64,000 bases of DNA, from assembly GCA_944393715.1 (NCBI GenBank), contig CALYBB010000038.1:15325-79324 (forward strand). The letters are read 5' to 3'. The first letter of the stretch is position 1. Every line of letters begins with the position of its first letter. The stretch comes from an uncultured Alphaproteobacteria bacterium. GTDB lineage: Bacteria; Pseudomonadota; Alphaproteobacteria; RF32; CAG-239. The position numbers and the translations under genes are program-made. The notes below the pieces were generated by a model that was given only the letters and a program-made list of their open reading frames with translations, was not told where the DNA came from and ran no database searches. Below are positions 29,930 to 39,955 of this stretch, in pieces.

Positions 29930-30330
29930 GGAAGCTCTCTTAGCCTCGGGAAGGATGCTTTCCAAGAAGGGAAACAGGTTTTGTTACTCGGAGGGAGACG
30001 GTCTTTTTTTGTCATATTGAGGAACGCTTGTGACGAAACATCCTGATCCTTCGGCGCTGACGCGCCTCGAGGATGACGTGCTCCAAATCACCAACCCAGA
30101 TAAGCAAAAATATTTTTACATTTAGCGTTAATGATAGCAAAAAATTTAAAATGTCATGCCTCTGAGGCTTTTAGCCGAGGATCAGGCATCTTCTACTATT
30201 TAAAAAGGCGGAAGATCGCTTATCCCTCTCTCCGTTTGGGAGCGATGACATTGTTGAGTGTATTTCCGTTCGGGAGCGATGATAGTAGTTTCTACTTAGG
30301 CATCTAAATTGGTTTCGGTCATTTACATTT
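29930..30330. repeat. Composite intergenic repeat region
   Basis: Inverted copies of the shared motifs: aatgtcatgcctctgaggc at 30150-30168 and gaggatcaggcatcttctactatttaaaaaggcggaag at 30178-30215. TIR-like gtcatattgag...ctcgaggatgac at 30017-30080. Motif aggcatctaaatt is also found at 57853. Confidence 0.6.
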
Positions 30331-30458
30331 TTGTTTTCAAGAGGCAGTTTTGTTTTTTTCTGAAAAGAGTTAAAAACTGATGAGTGCAACTTTTCAAAAA
30401 TATCTGTTAACCCCGCTCGGGGCAAAAATTCTGGAATCTCTGATTTGACTTAAATGAA

Positions 30459-30480
30459 AAGCCCCGAAAATTCGGGGCTT
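30459..30480 (-). terminator. rho gene terminator hairpin
   Basis: gccccgaa aa ttcggggc perfect stem, with a T-run on the minus strand. Confidence 0.5.
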
Positions 30481-30488
30481 AAAAAATT

Positions 30489-31742
30489 TTAAGAATTCAT
30501 ATTGGCAAAGAAATCTTTATTGTCTTTGCTGACGCGCAGCTTATCCAGTAAAAATTCCATCCCGTCGGTCATACCCATTTGCATCAGCACGCGGCGCAAA
30601 ACCCACATTTTGGTTAATGTTTCGCGGTCAACCAAAAGTTCTTCCTTGCGGGTGCCGGAACGAGTAATGTCAATGGTCGGGAACAAACGCTTGTCGGTTA
30701 ATTTACGATCCAAAATAATTTCGGAATTACCGGTACCTTTAAATTCTTCAAAAATAACTTCGTCCATGCGCGAACCGGTATCTATCAACGCCGTGGCAAT
30801 AATTGTCAGTGAACCGCCTTCTTCAACATTGCGTGCAGCCCCGAGCAAACGTTTTGGACGTTGTAGTGCATTGGCATCAACGCCACCGGTTAAAACCTTT
30901 CCGGAAGAAGGAATTACCGTGTTATAGGCACGACCAAGACGCGTTATCGAATCCAGAAGAATGACCACATCTTTTTTGTTTTCAACCAAACGTTTGGCTT
31001 TTTCGATGACCATTTCGGCCACTTGGACATGGCGAGAAGCCGGTTCATCAAAGGTAGAAGATATAACCTCGCCTTTGACTGAACGAGTCATATCGGTAAC
31101 TTCTTCAGGGCGCTCATCAATCAACAACACCATTAGATAGCATTCAGGGTGATTGGTTGCGATGGCATGGGCAATGTTTTGCAGCATAACGGTTTTTCCG
31201 GTGCGTGGCGGCGCCACAATCAAACCACGTTGGCCTTTGCCCTGAGGCGCTATTAAATCAATAACACGGGTCGTATAATCTTTTTCACCGCATATAATGT
31301 CAAAATTGAGCTTTTCGGTAGGATAAAGCGGCGTTAAGTTGTCAAAATTAACGCGTAATTTTGATTTTTCAGGATCATCAAAATTAATTTTATTAACTTT
31401 GACCAATGCGAAATATTTTTCATTTTCTTTGGGCGCTCGTATTTCACCTTCAACCGTATCACCCGTTCGTAAGCCAAAGCGTTTGACTTGGGTTGGTGAT
31501 ACGTAAATATCATCGGGTCCGGCAAGATAATTTGATTCCGACGAGCGCAGAAAACCAAAACCGTCCGGCATAACCTCTATAGTTCCTTCGCCGGTGATGG
31601 CTTCATCTTCGCCGACGATTTTTTTTAAGATGCCAAACATTAAGTCTTGTTTGCGCATTGATGATGCATCATCAATGCCGAGTTCTTCGGCTTGAGCCAA
31701 AAGCTCTGCCGGAGATTTTTGTTTTAAATCTTGTAAATTCAT
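30489..31742 (-). CDS. rho: Transcription termination factor Rho
   Basis: N-terminal domain, RNA-binding OB fold, Walker A APPRTGKT. 417 aa. Confidence 0.92.
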   Translation of the reverse strand: MNLQDLKQKSPAELLAQAEELGIDDASSMRKQDLMFGILKKIVGEDEAITGEGTIEVMPDGFGFLRSSESNYLAGPDDIYVSPTQVKRFGLRTGDTVEGEIRAPKENEKYFALVKVNKINFDDPEKSKLRVNFDNLTPLYPTEKLNFDIICGEKDYTTRVIDLIAPQGKGQRGLIVAPPRTGKTVMLQNIAHAIATNHPECYLMVLLIDERPEEVTDMTRSVKGEVISSTFDEPASRHVQVAEMVIEKAKRLVENKKDVVILLDSITRLGRAYNTVIPSSGKVLTGGVDANALQRPKRLLGAARNVEEGGSLTIIATALIDTGSRMDEVIFEEFKGTGNSEIILDRKLTDKRLFPTIDITRSGTRKEELLVDRETLTKMWVLRRVLMQMGMTDGMEFLLDKLRVSKDNKDFFANMNS

Positions 31743-32217
31743 GAAAACCTTATTTTTAGTGAAAAGCTTAAAGAATTAGAGAAGATCTCTTGGTTGTACA
31801 GAGTATATAAAATTTTTTTGTGATAAAGTCAATCGGATATTTGTAAACAGCCGAAGGCTCCCATCAATATATTTTTAAATGTTATTGTTTATTGTTTATC
31901 GTTGTGCATTATGTGCATAAGTTTTTATCCTAAAATTTATGCAGGTGTTGTTTGTTTGTTGATAACAATAAGAGAATCCGAACTTCTATATTTTATTAAG
32001 TGTTTGCTTTGTTTAAAACTTTTGTATTTAAAGAAAAATTTTAACAGTTTGTTAATAATTATGGTTATTAACAGGATGTGGATGATAAATCACCTGTTTA
32101 TAAGTCAGAAATTTAAATTTTGAATAACGGTAATAAGTTAAACTGTAATAATTAAAAACGGCAAGTTGTTCACAGATTGCCGGTTGTTTGTGGATAAATG
32201 AGATTTGGATGTAAGTA
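31743..32217. promoter_or_regulatory. AT-rich 475-bp intergenic region: candidate chromosomal origin (oriC) and rho/coaE promoter region
   Basis: Perfect DnaA box TGTGGATAA (32189-32197), a near-box TGTGGATgA (32077-32085), a CtrA-type TTAA-N7-TTAA site (32041-32055). The genomic context is parAB-rsmG-mnmGE-rho on one side and coaE-dnaQ on the other. Confidence 0.35.
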
Positions 32218-32796
32218 ATGAAACTTGTGGGAATAACAGGGTCTATCGGGTGCGGAAAAACGACTTTGGCTAATATAGCTAAAAAGCTTGGTTATGCTGT
32301 ATATGATATTGACGCATGGGTCAGGAAAATTTACAGTAACAAGGATTTTTTGAGCGAGCTGGAAAAATCTTTTCCGAAAAGTGTCTGTAACGGTTGTGCT
32401 GATAAAAGGTTTTTGAGAAATTTGGTCTTTAATGATAAAAAAAAGCTGGAGGCGCTTGAAAAGCTTATTTATCCTTTTCTAAATAAAAAAATTCGCAGTC
32501 TGCTTATTAAGAATTCTCGCCGCCGTTATATAGCTTTTTTGGATGCGGCGTTGTTATTTGAAAAAGGTTGGGACAAGTACTGCAATACTATTATTTTGGC
32601 AGATGTTGATTATGATATTCAAAAACAGCGCGTTATGAAGAGGGATAATGTTTCGGCGGAAGATTTTGAACGAATTAATAATATTCAATTGAAAAATGAA
32701 AACAAAAAAGTATTATCAGATATTGTGGTTGACACAGATAAGCCGCTGAATCTCTTGAAGGTTGAAATGATTGCTATTATAAAAGGATTAGAATAA
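32218..32796 (+). CDS. coaE: Dephospho-CoA kinase
   Basis: P-loop GITGSIGCGKTT. Confidence 0.85.
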   Translation: MKLVGITGSIGCGKTTLANIAKKLGYAVYDIDAWVRKIYSNKDFLSELEKSFPKSVCNGCADKRFLRNLVFNDKKKLEALEKLIYPFLNKKIRSLLIKNSRRRYIAFLDAALLFEKGWDKYCNTIILADVDYDIQKQRVMKRDNVSAEDFERINNIQLKNENKKVLSDIVVDTDKPLNLLKVEMIAIIKGLE

Positions 32797-32800
32797 CAAA

Positions 32801-33481
32801 ATGACTCGCGAAATAGTTTTTGATACCGAAACGACAGGTTTTGAATATGCTAAAGGGGATAGATTGGTTGAAATAGGCGCTGTTGAGCTTGTCAATCATG
32901 TGCCTACGGGGAGGACTTATCATCAATATATCAATCCTGAGCGTGATGTTCCTGAAGAAGTGGTTAAAATTCATGGTTTAACACAGGATTTTTTGAAAGA
33001 TTATCCTACTTTTGATCAGATAGCTGATCAATGGCTTGAGTTTGTGGATGATGCTGATTTGGTGGCTCATAATGCCTCTTTTGATATGAATTTTGTTAAT
33101 TATGAATTAAAACAAATCGGGAAACCAGAAATGGAATGGGACAGGTGCATTGATACGCTTGAAATTGCCCGCGGAATGTTTCCTGGAACGAAATGTAATT
33201 TGGATGCGCTTTGCAAAAAATTTGGTATTGATAATAGTGCTCGCAGTTTTCATGGCGCTTTGCTTGATGCTCAGCTTTTGGCTGAGGTTTACTTGGAATT
33301 ATTAGGTGGAAAAGAGCCCACCCTATTGTTTGGCGGAGAAAACAGTACGGAAAAGGCTATAACGCAGAAAAATGACAGACATTTTAGAGAGCCAAGAGTT
33401 TTTCAGGTTGAGGAAAATTTGGATGAAATTCATCGTCAGTTTTTGGAAAAAAATGTTAAAAATCCTTTATGGAATATTTGA
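32801..33481 (+). CDS. dnaQ: DNA polymerase III epsilon (proofreading 3'-5' exonuclease)
   Basis: Exo I FDTETTG, Exo II and Exo III (HGALLDAQL) motifs. Confidence 0.85.
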   Translation: MTREIVFDTETTGFEYAKGDRLVEIGAVELVNHVPTGRTYHQYINPERDVPEEVVKIHGLTQDFLKDYPTFDQIADQWLEFVDDADLVAHNASFDMNFVNYELKQIGKPEMEWDRCIDTLEIARGMFPGTKCNLDALCKKFGIDNSARSFHGALLDAQLLAEVYLELLGGKEPTLLFGGENSTEKAITQKNDRHFREPRVFQVEENLDEIHRQFLEKNVKNPLWNI

Positions 33482-33544
33482 TTTTGATTGATTTTATTTG
33501 TTTGTCTATTTAGTATGAAGCCGTTTGTTTAAGACAGAAGGAGT

Positions 33545-34225
33545 TTGTTTAGAGTGGTTTTTGGCAAGAATGTCGTTATCTACGATTTGGATGATACTTT
33601 ATATAATAAAACAGAGGAATTTGCCGATGTTCTGGATACAGTAATGGCGGAGGCTTTGGTTTATGATTTGGGATTAAAAATGGATGTTGCCAAAGCTAAA
33701 GAATTAGTGACAGAATCTTATAGAATTTATCGTGACGGCGGCGAGATTTTTTATCGCGATTATAATATCAATCCTCGGGATTTGTTTATAGCGTATCATC
33801 GCCGCAAGCCAGTCGAAAAAATTATTCCTTATGATAATTTGCTTGATAAAATAAAAAATATTCCTGCCGAGCAATATGTTTTTACCGCCAGTGATCGTTA
33901 TGCTTCGGAGAAAATATTGAAGCATTTGGGACTTTTTGAATTTTTTAAGGACAGGTATTATTCGGTTGAAGACTTTGGTGTTTATAAAAAGAATGAAAAT
34001 TCAAAGGTCTATCGTGAATTTTGTTATAAGATTGGTGTTAATCCTACCGATTGTGTGTTTGTTGACGACAGCTATTCAAATTTGGAATTTGCCAAAGAAG
34101 CCGGAATGACGACAGTCAGGATTTTTTATCACAACAATTCTGCTAAAGATAAAACTTATATTGATTATGCTTATAAGGGAATAGAAAGCTTTTTGGATGC
34201 GGTTTTGTCCGGAAAGGCTTTTTAG
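33545..34225 (+). CDS. HAD-family hydrolase (pyrimidine 5'-nucleotidase-like)
   Basis: Motif I YDLDDTLY, motif III/IV FVDDS. Confidence 0.5.
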   Translation: MFRVVFGKNVVIYDLDDTLYNKTEEFADVLDTVMAEALVYDLGLKMDVAKAKELVTESYRIYRDGGEIFYRDYNINPRDLFIAYHRRKPVEKIIPYDNLLDKIKNIPAEQYVFTASDRYASEKILKHLGLFEFFKDRYYSVEDFGVYKKNENSKVYREFCYKIGVNPTDCVFVDDSYSNLEFAKEAGMTTVRIFYHNNSAKDKTYIDYAYKGIESFLDAVLSGKAF

Positions 34226-34881
34226 GGGCAAAGGGCGTTTTCGTAGGTGTAGTTTTCGGGATTATCAAGTTTTTTTTGTTCGGTAAGTATTTCTTTTTTT
34301 ATAAAATTGATGACGGGCGTCATTTTTTTGTTATATGTTTTAGTCAGCTCGGTTATAGCATCTTTGATATCGTTAACGTCAGCCACCGGAACGGGTTTAA
34401 TGTTTTGGGCTATTTGGGATGCTGCGTCTTTGAATAGAGGCAAATAATATTCTAAGGTTGATTTGTTTATTTGTTGGTGGGTTTGTTCGTGACGCAGTAC
34501 CATATTGTACTCGCAAGTGTTTTCATTTAGTTCTTTGGCCAGATATATTGTCGGTGAATCAAGGCCCAAAAACAGAGATATATTTGTCGGAACAACGCAA
34601 AATCCGCCGGAAACTGGAGTTCCTAAAGCATTAATCATAATGTCAAAGGTTATATTAGCTGTTGAAAATCCGGAGGCAAAAAGACCGTTTTCAACCAGAT
34701 TTAGAGATTTGGCCAGATTTGTTATTTCTGAAAGTTTTTTGTTATGATTAATTGCCAATTTTCCGTAAGAAGAAGTTAGTTTTACGGTTGTTTCGGGCTT
34801 TATGCCTGAGCAATCTATTGCCCAGACAGGTTGTTGTATAAAAAGCAAAAGCGTTAATATAAAAAAAAGTTTTTTACTCAT
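34222..34881 (-). CDS. Secreted putative Zn-metalloprotease (DUF922-like, HExxH)
   Basis: Signal peptide MSKKLFFILTLLLFIQQPVWA. HEQTH zinc-binding motif. Confidence 0.4.
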   Translation of the reverse strand: MSKKLFFILTLLLFIQQPVWAIDCSGIKPETTVKLTSSYGKLAINHNKKLSEITNLAKSLNLVENGLFASGFSTANITFDIMINALGTPVSGGFCVVPTNISLFLGLDSPTIYLAKELNENTCEYNMVLRHEQTHQQINKSTLEYYLPLFKDAASQIAQNIKPVPVADVNDIKDAITELTKTYNKKMTPVINFIKKEILTEQKKLDNPENYTYENALCP

Positions 34882-34916
34882 ATAATAGATGGTAGGGTTA
34901 ATTTGTTAAATTATGG

Positions 34917-35336
34917 TTGATATTGATGAAAAAAATAATAGTTTTTGCCGCTGTTTTAGTTTTTTGTTTTGAGGCCGATGCTCGGTATGTGCGCAAGACA
35001 ATAGAGCCTGATTTTTTTATTCCGTCTGAGGACAGGATGCATCGTCCGGAGAAATTGCCGCCGCTTAATAAATTATTTTCGGATAAAAAAACAAAAAAAT
35101 ATTCAGCAAAAATTCCGGCTTATAAGCAAAAATACAGCCAATATTTATCCAGCATGGCGGTTTTTGCCAGCACCGGAAGTTTTCCTGTTGATAAAGATTT
35201 TGACGCTGATATGGCCGCTTTTGAGGACGGCAAAGTTTTTGAAGTTGAGCAACAGCCGGCAGCTGTTCCGGCAGAAATGCTTTCCGAGGAACAAAGAAAC
35301 TTTTATGATATGGTTGATGCTATTATCAAAAACTAG
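34917..35336 (+). CDS. Hypothetical secreted protein
   Basis: Signal peptide. 139 aa with no family recognised. Confidence 0.35.
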   Translation: MILMKKIIVFAAVLVFCFEADARYVRKTIEPDFFIPSEDRMHRPEKLPPLNKLFSDKKTKKYSAKIPAYKQKYSQYLSSMAVFASTGSFPVDKDFDADMAAFEDGKVFEVEQQPAAVPAEMLSEEQRNFYDMVDAIIKN

Positions 35337-35800
35337 AATTCAAGGGCGTACATATCAATAACGCGCCATTTAGAATCGATGTTTTTCATGACATAGACAA
35401 TGTTGCCGTTGCAGAGGCCAAACCAATTACCATTGCAAGAGCTTTGCGTATAAATTTCGACAGCTCCGTCGTTTCGAGGTTTCATCTTGTTTATTCTGTA
35501 AGATTGGAAAGTGGGACGCTGCAGGGTTTCGTCGCGCATAAAAACAAAAGATGGCATATTGCTTTGATTATCGGAACATTCGGAAAAATCGGGATTGAGA
35601 ATACATTTTATGGTCATGTTTATGGCACAGACTATTTCCGAAGTGCTTTCGCAACCCGATTTTAAGTTATTGGCATCAAAAGAAAAAACGGTTTCTTTGT
35701 CCAAATTTTTGGAGGCCTGAGGGGTCTTTTCGGCTGTGGTATCCTGTTCGCCGCAGGATATAAGCATTATGCAAAGAAAAAAAGAAAGAAATTTTTTCAT
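35333..35800 (-). CDS. Hypothetical lipoprotein
   Basis: Lipobox LISC|GE. Cys-rich, 155 aa. Confidence 0.4.
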   Translation of the reverse strand: MKKFLSFFLCIMLISCGEQDTTAEKTPQASKNLDKETVFSFDANNLKSGCESTSEIVCAINMTIKCILNPDFSECSDNQSNMPSFVFMRDETLQRPTFQSYRINKMKPRNDGAVEIYTQSSCNGNWFGLCNGNIVYVMKNIDSKWRVIDMYALEF

Positions 35801-35906
35801 CCATGTTTTCCCGTAAATAAGTGATGAGAGTTTTTATGTTGCTAAATTTATTAAATAAAATAAAAAGGAAGTTGAGATGCTTCCTTTTTATTTTGATTGT
35901 GTTTTA

Positions 35907-36437
35907 TTAAAATACGTATTTAATACCAGCCGAGAATTCGGACAGATGATCCATTTTGTCGAGTTTATCCGCCCAGATGTAACGGCCAAGTACTCTGACG
36001 GCAATATTATTGGTGATGTGGTATTGAATACCGCCACCGAGACGATAGCCTAAACCGGTGTCATCAACATCTTTGCCGAAATCATAAGAAGCGATACCTG
36101 CCGTAATAAAAGGTGCAAAAACCTGATCGCAGCCAAGAGGCAGATAGCCGTAGGCATCAAGACCATAAGCATCAAAATCGGCTGAGTATTTGGTTCCGTT
36201 GATTTTTTTATCCCAGTCACTGCTCATTTGATAAAATACTTCGGTACCGAAATATTTGTTATATTCCGTGCCGACAAAAACAGAGCCGGAGTGCATGTCG
36301 ACATCCGGTGCGCCTCTGTAATTGACATGGGTTGCGTTGTATTGGGCACCGACATAGGGTCTGAATTCCAAAGCGTTGGCACTTCCGGTCAAAGCAATGA
36401 CCGAAGCTGCGGCTAATAAGGCTATGTTATTTTTCAT
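35907..36437 (-). CDS. Outer-membrane beta-barrel protein (OmpA-like/Omp25-family 8-strand barrel)
   Basis: Signal peptide ending ANA|LE. Alternating amphipathic strands with aromatic girdle residues and a C-terminal Phe (IKYVF). Confidence 0.6.
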   Translation of the reverse strand: MKNNIALLAAASVIALTGSANALEFRPYVGAQYNATHVNYRGAPDVDMHSGSVFVGTEYNKYFGTEVFYQMSSDWDKKINGTKYSADFDAYGLDAYGYLPLGCDQVFAPFITAGIASYDFGKDVDDTGLGYRLGGGIQYHITNNIAVRVLGRYIWADKLDKMDHLSEFSAGIKYVF

Positions 36438-36581
36438 TATTTAAAGCTCCTTAAAATGGTTAACTAAAGTTTAATAACAGATGCTACTATAAATGATCTT
36501 TAAAAAAATGAAAGAAAAAAATGACATAAAATATTGTTTATCTTTTATTTTGATGATATAAGCTAATAAGGAGCGGCAAAA

Positions 36582-37202
36582 ATGGAATTAATTAAAAAAA
36601 ATCAGACCGGTGCTACAATGGTGGAAGCGCTGGGTGTTTTAACAATTGTAAGTATGCTCGGCGTGTCGGTTATCAGCTTGATTGGCAATATTTTTGATAT
36701 GTTTAATCAGGCGGTTATTGTTAATCAGGTTAGGGAACTGCAAAAAAGTATTTCTGACAGATATAAATTTGAAGGCAATTATTCGATGTTGTTTGAGGGC
36801 AGGGATGCTGAGGCCGTGGCATCTTTTCTTTGTGAGGAAAAAATGGCTCCGTTTCAGATGTGCCAAAATGGGCGTTTGCGTCATAAAGGAGGGGGAGATG
36901 TTTGGATTATGCCGGTTAGCGTTGACGAAGAAGGCACTCCTGATTACAGCAAATATTCGATGGAGTTTTGGGGATTATCTAATAAAATATGTGTTAGTAT
37001 AGCACAGATAAACTGGTGGACGCAGAAGAAATCTGATATTTACAAAATGGTCATTAATTATGGGCAGGGAAATAGGCAATTGGTTGTCAATATGCCGTCG
37101 GTTGTAGAAGAGGGTGCTGAAAATTTTCCGGTTTCGGTAAATAGTGTTATAAAAGCTTGTTCTAATGATGATAACAACGATATTATGTGGATTTTTTATT
37201 AA
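36582..37202 (+). CDS. Prepilin-type (TadE/pseudopilin-like) protein
   Basis: Class-III leader KKNQTG|ATMVE with Glu at +5, followed by a hydrophobic helix. 206 aa. Confidence 0.4.
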   Translation: MELIKKNQTGATMVEALGVLTIVSMLGVSVISLIGNIFDMFNQAVIVNQVRELQKSISDRYKFEGNYSMLFEGRDAEAVASFLCEEKMAPFQMCQNGRLRHKGGGDVWIMPVSVDEEGTPDYSKYSMEFWGLSNKICVSIAQINWWTQKKSDIYKMVINYGQGNRQLVVNMPSVVEEGAENFPVSVNSVIKACSNDDNNDIMWIFY

Positions 37203-37636
37203 GGCAGGATGGTAATTTGTTTAAAGTTGAAGATATAAGAACCACAAGCGAACCGGTTTCGGGAAAAAACGTCAAAAAAACCGGAAGCGAAAATTTTGCT
37301 GATTATCTTAAGACATCCGGCGCTTCAAAAACCAGCGGGGTTCAGGCAACAGCGGCGGTAACCTCTGCTGATGCCATATTTGCCGCACAGATGGTGGATG
37401 GTGAAGAAGAAAGGCAACGTCGTCGCAAGTTGATAAAAAAAGGCAATGCTTTGTTGGATAATCTTGAGGAGATAAGGGAAGGGCTGCTGCTTGGGGAAAT
37501 ATCTAAAAGCCGGTTGATTGAAATATCGCGATTTGTCAAGGAAAAGGATATGGTTGAAAGCGATCCGCGATTGCGGGAAATTATTGAAGAAATAGAGCTT
37601 CGGGTTGAGGTTGAGTTGGCTAAGCTTACTCGTTAG
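37187..37636 (+). CDS. FliX-like flagellar assembly regulator (tentative)
   Basis: About 149 aa. The C-terminal region RRRKLIKKGNALLDNLEEIREGLLLGEIS...EIELRVEVELAKL resembles, from memory, the alphaproteobacterial FliX C-terminus. Confidence 0.35.
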   Translation: MDFLLRQDGNLFKVEDIRTTSEPVSGKNVKKTGSENFADYLKTSGASKTSGVQATAAVTSADAIFAAQMVDGEEERQRRRKLIKKGNALLDNLEEIREGLLLGEISKSRLIEISRFVKEKDMVESDPRLREIIEEIELRVEVELAKLTR

Positions 37637-37733
37637 AAGGGCCGAAGAACAAAGAGTATTTTTTGCTTGAAATTTTATTTGTTTAATATATCTTTAGGTA
37701 AAATTTGAATTTGCTGTTTAAGGAGTTGATAAG

Positions 37734-38159
37734 ATGGATAGTACAGTTACTCTTCCGCCGGATTATAGGCCGTCTGATAAAGAAGAATATATGAACGATA
37801 TGCAGCTGGAATATTTTAGGCAGAAGCTGTTGAGCTGGAAAAAATCTTTGATAGGTCAGTCTATGGATACACTTGATGATTTGAAACAGGGAGGATTGAA
37901 TCAGCCGGATCAGATTGACAGGGCTTCGCTGGAATCAGATAAGGCTTTGGAGCTGAGAACTCGGGACAGAGCCAGAAAGCTTATTTCAAAAATTGATGAA
38001 GCCTTGAAAAGGATTGAAGACGGAACTTATGGATATTGCGAAGAAACAGGAGATCCGATCGGGTTAGAAAGACTGGAGGTTCGTCCAGTGGCCACTCTTT
38101 CGATAGAGGCGCAGGAACGCCACGAAAGAATGGAAAAAACATATGATGACGAGGTTTAA
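37734..38159 (+). CDS. dksA: RNA polymerase-binding transcription factor DksA (variant without the C4 zinc finger)
   Basis: Coiled-coil with conserved acidic tip-like residues. C-terminal GYCEETGDPIG carries only a single Cys. Confidence 0.75.
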   Translation: MDSTVTLPPDYRPSDKEEYMNDMQLEYFRQKLLSWKKSLIGQSMDTLDDLKQGGLNQPDQIDRASLESDKALELRTRDRARKLISKIDEALKRIEDGTYGYCEETGDPIGLERLEVRPVATLSIEAQERHERMEKTYDDEV

Positions 38160-38176
38160 TTTTTGATTTTAAAAAA

Positions 38177-38210
38177 GGCTTATTTTGGTGAAAAATAAGG
38201 CCTTTTTTTT
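38177..38210 (+). terminator. Rho-independent terminator after dksA
   Basis: ggcttatttt ggtgaa aaataaggcc followed by T8. Confidence 0.5.
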
Positions 38211-38234
38211 GTTTTTTAAGTATGGAATAAATGA

Positions 38235-38801
38235 ATGAATAAAAATTTTATTCTGGCTTCGCAGTCGCCGCAGCGTTTGGCTTTGTTGCGGCAGATAGGT
38301 TATGATCCGGAAAGTATTGAACCTGCCGATATTGATGAGAAGCCTGAGAAGGGTGAAAAACCGAGCCAGTATGTTAAGAGAATGGCTTTGGAAAAAGCAA
38401 GGCATGTTGCTGTAAAACATCCCGAAAAAGTTGTGCTCGCATCGGATACGATTATTGTGTGCGGAACCAAAATTATCCAAAAAGCAAAGTCCGATGAAGA
38501 GCAAACGAAGGTTATGAAAAGTTTGTCCGGCAGGGCACACAGAGTTTTGACGGCAGTGTGTGTGATTGATAAAAAAGGAAAGGCGTCTTTAAGACTTAGT
38601 ACGACGCGGATCAAAATGAAAAAAATGTCGGAACAGGAAATAAAAGATTATGTTGCCGCAAAAGAATGGGTCGGATGCGCCGGTTATAAGATAGAAGGAT
38701 TGTTAGGCGGCTTTGTTGTGCAAATCGTAGGATCGTACAGCGGGGTAATCGGGTTGCCGTTGTATGAGACACGTTGTTTGCTTGTTGGGGCGGGAGTTTA
38801 G
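38235..38801 (+). CDS. maf: Maf-like nucleoside triphosphate pyrophosphatase
   Basis: LILASQSPQRLALL near the N-terminus and a D70-like SDT motif (LASDTII). Confidence 0.8.
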   Translation: MNKNFILASQSPQRLALLRQIGYDPESIEPADIDEKPEKGEKPSQYVKRMALEKARHVAVKHPEKVVLASDTIIVCGTKIIQKAKSDEEQTKVMKSLSGRAHRVLTAVCVIDKKGKASLRLSTTRIKMKKMSEQEIKDYVAAKEWVGCAGYKIEGLLGGFVVQIVGSYSGVIGLPLYETRCLLVGAGV

Positions 38802-38803
38802 AA

Positions 38804-39955
38804 ATGCTTGAAGAAATTATTGTCGATGAGAAAGAAAGCTTTTGCCGTGTTGCCGGTTTGAAAAACGGTGATTTGCGGGAGTTTGCGCTTTGGGATAAAA
38901 ATAAGGCCAATGAAGGAAATATTTATCTAGGGAAAATAACAAAAAAGATTCAAACAGCTAATGGCAAAGAAGGATATTTTATTAATATCGGCGTGGAGAA
39001 AGAAGCTTTTATTAATGCGCAGGAAGCTGGTTTAGAAGATTTGGAGGCTCATGAGGGACAAGATGTCGTTGTTCAGGTTTTGCAGGAACAACGCGCCGAA
39101 AAAGGGGCCAGAATGACAAGATTTTTGAGACTTGCCGGCATATATCTGGTTTATTGTCCTTATGGCAGCGAGGTGGAAATATCTTCTAAAATTGTTGATT
39201 CGGACAAAAAGGATGATCTTTGTGATTTGGTAAGCCGCAGCACCGAAGAAGGCGGTTGGATTATCAGAACATCTGCTGCGGGTGCTGCGAAAGACAAGAT
39301 TTTGGCAGAAATATCCGAGTTGAAGGGACAATTTGATGATATTATTGCTAAAGCCAAAGGTTCCAAGGCACCACAAGTTTTGAATTCTAAAAACAAGATT
39401 GTTCAGGAGATGATTTGTCATAATGAACTGAGTCTGAAAAAAGTTGTGGTAAGTAGCCGAAAGCTTAAGGATGAGCTGGTTTGTCCGGTATCGGTGGAAT
39501 ATTCGGCAACAGCTTTTAATGATGCTGGAATCGAAGAAATGATTAACGATGCTTTATCTCGTACGATTAAGCTTAAGTGCGGCGGAAGAGTTATTATAGA
39601 AGAAACAAGAGCTTGTGTGGCAATAGATGTTGACAGTGGCGAAGGGACGTCTCATGGTGGTTTTGGGCGCCTTAATCAGGAAGCAGCCCACGAGATTGCA
39701 AAGCAGATTATTTTGAGGAATCTTTCGGGTAAAATAATTATTGATTTTGCTGGTTTTGCCGAATTTAAATTTTTGAAACCGGTCATAAATATTTTGGCTG
39801 AGGATTTGGCTGATGATACATTCGGGAGTCGAGTTCTCGGTATGAGCCGTGCCGGAAATGTGGAAATAGTCAGAATGCGGCGGCGGCCGAGTTTGCGCGA
39901 TTTGTTGACGGAAGAGTGCCCGACATGCTGCGGAACGGGGAGAGTCGAGAAATGA
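38804..39955 (+). CDS. rng: Ribonuclease G (RNase E/G family, short form)
   Basis: S1 domain GNIYLGKITKKIQ. Catalytic region with DSGEG resembling the Dx[ST]xG motif. C-terminal CPTCCGTG zinc link. Alternative start at 38774. Confidence 0.8.
   Translation: MLEEIIVDEKESFCRVAGLKNGDLREFALWDKNKANEGNIYLGKITKKIQTANGKEGYFINIGVEKEAFINAQEAGLEDLEAHEGQDVVVQVLQEQRAEKGARMTRFLRLAGIYLVYCPYGSEVEISSKIVDSDKKDDLCDLVSRSTEEGGWIIRTSAAGAAKDKILAEISELKGQFDDIIAKAKGSKAPQVLNSKNKIVQEMICHNELSLKKVVVSSRKLKDELVCPVSVEYSATAFNDAGIEEMINDALSRTIKLKCGGRVIIEETRACVAIDVDSGEGTSHGGFGRLNQEAAHEIAKQIILRNLSGKIIIDFAGFAEFKFLKPVINILAEDLADDTFGSRVLGMSRAGNVEIVRMRRRPSLRDLLTEECPTCCGTGRVEK

Noticed and set aside
31902-32123. 73-aa ORF in the AT-rich rho-coaE intergenic region
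   Set aside because: It arises by chance in AT-rich DNA that carries DnaA and CtrA-like boxes. The product is low-complexity and hydrophobic.
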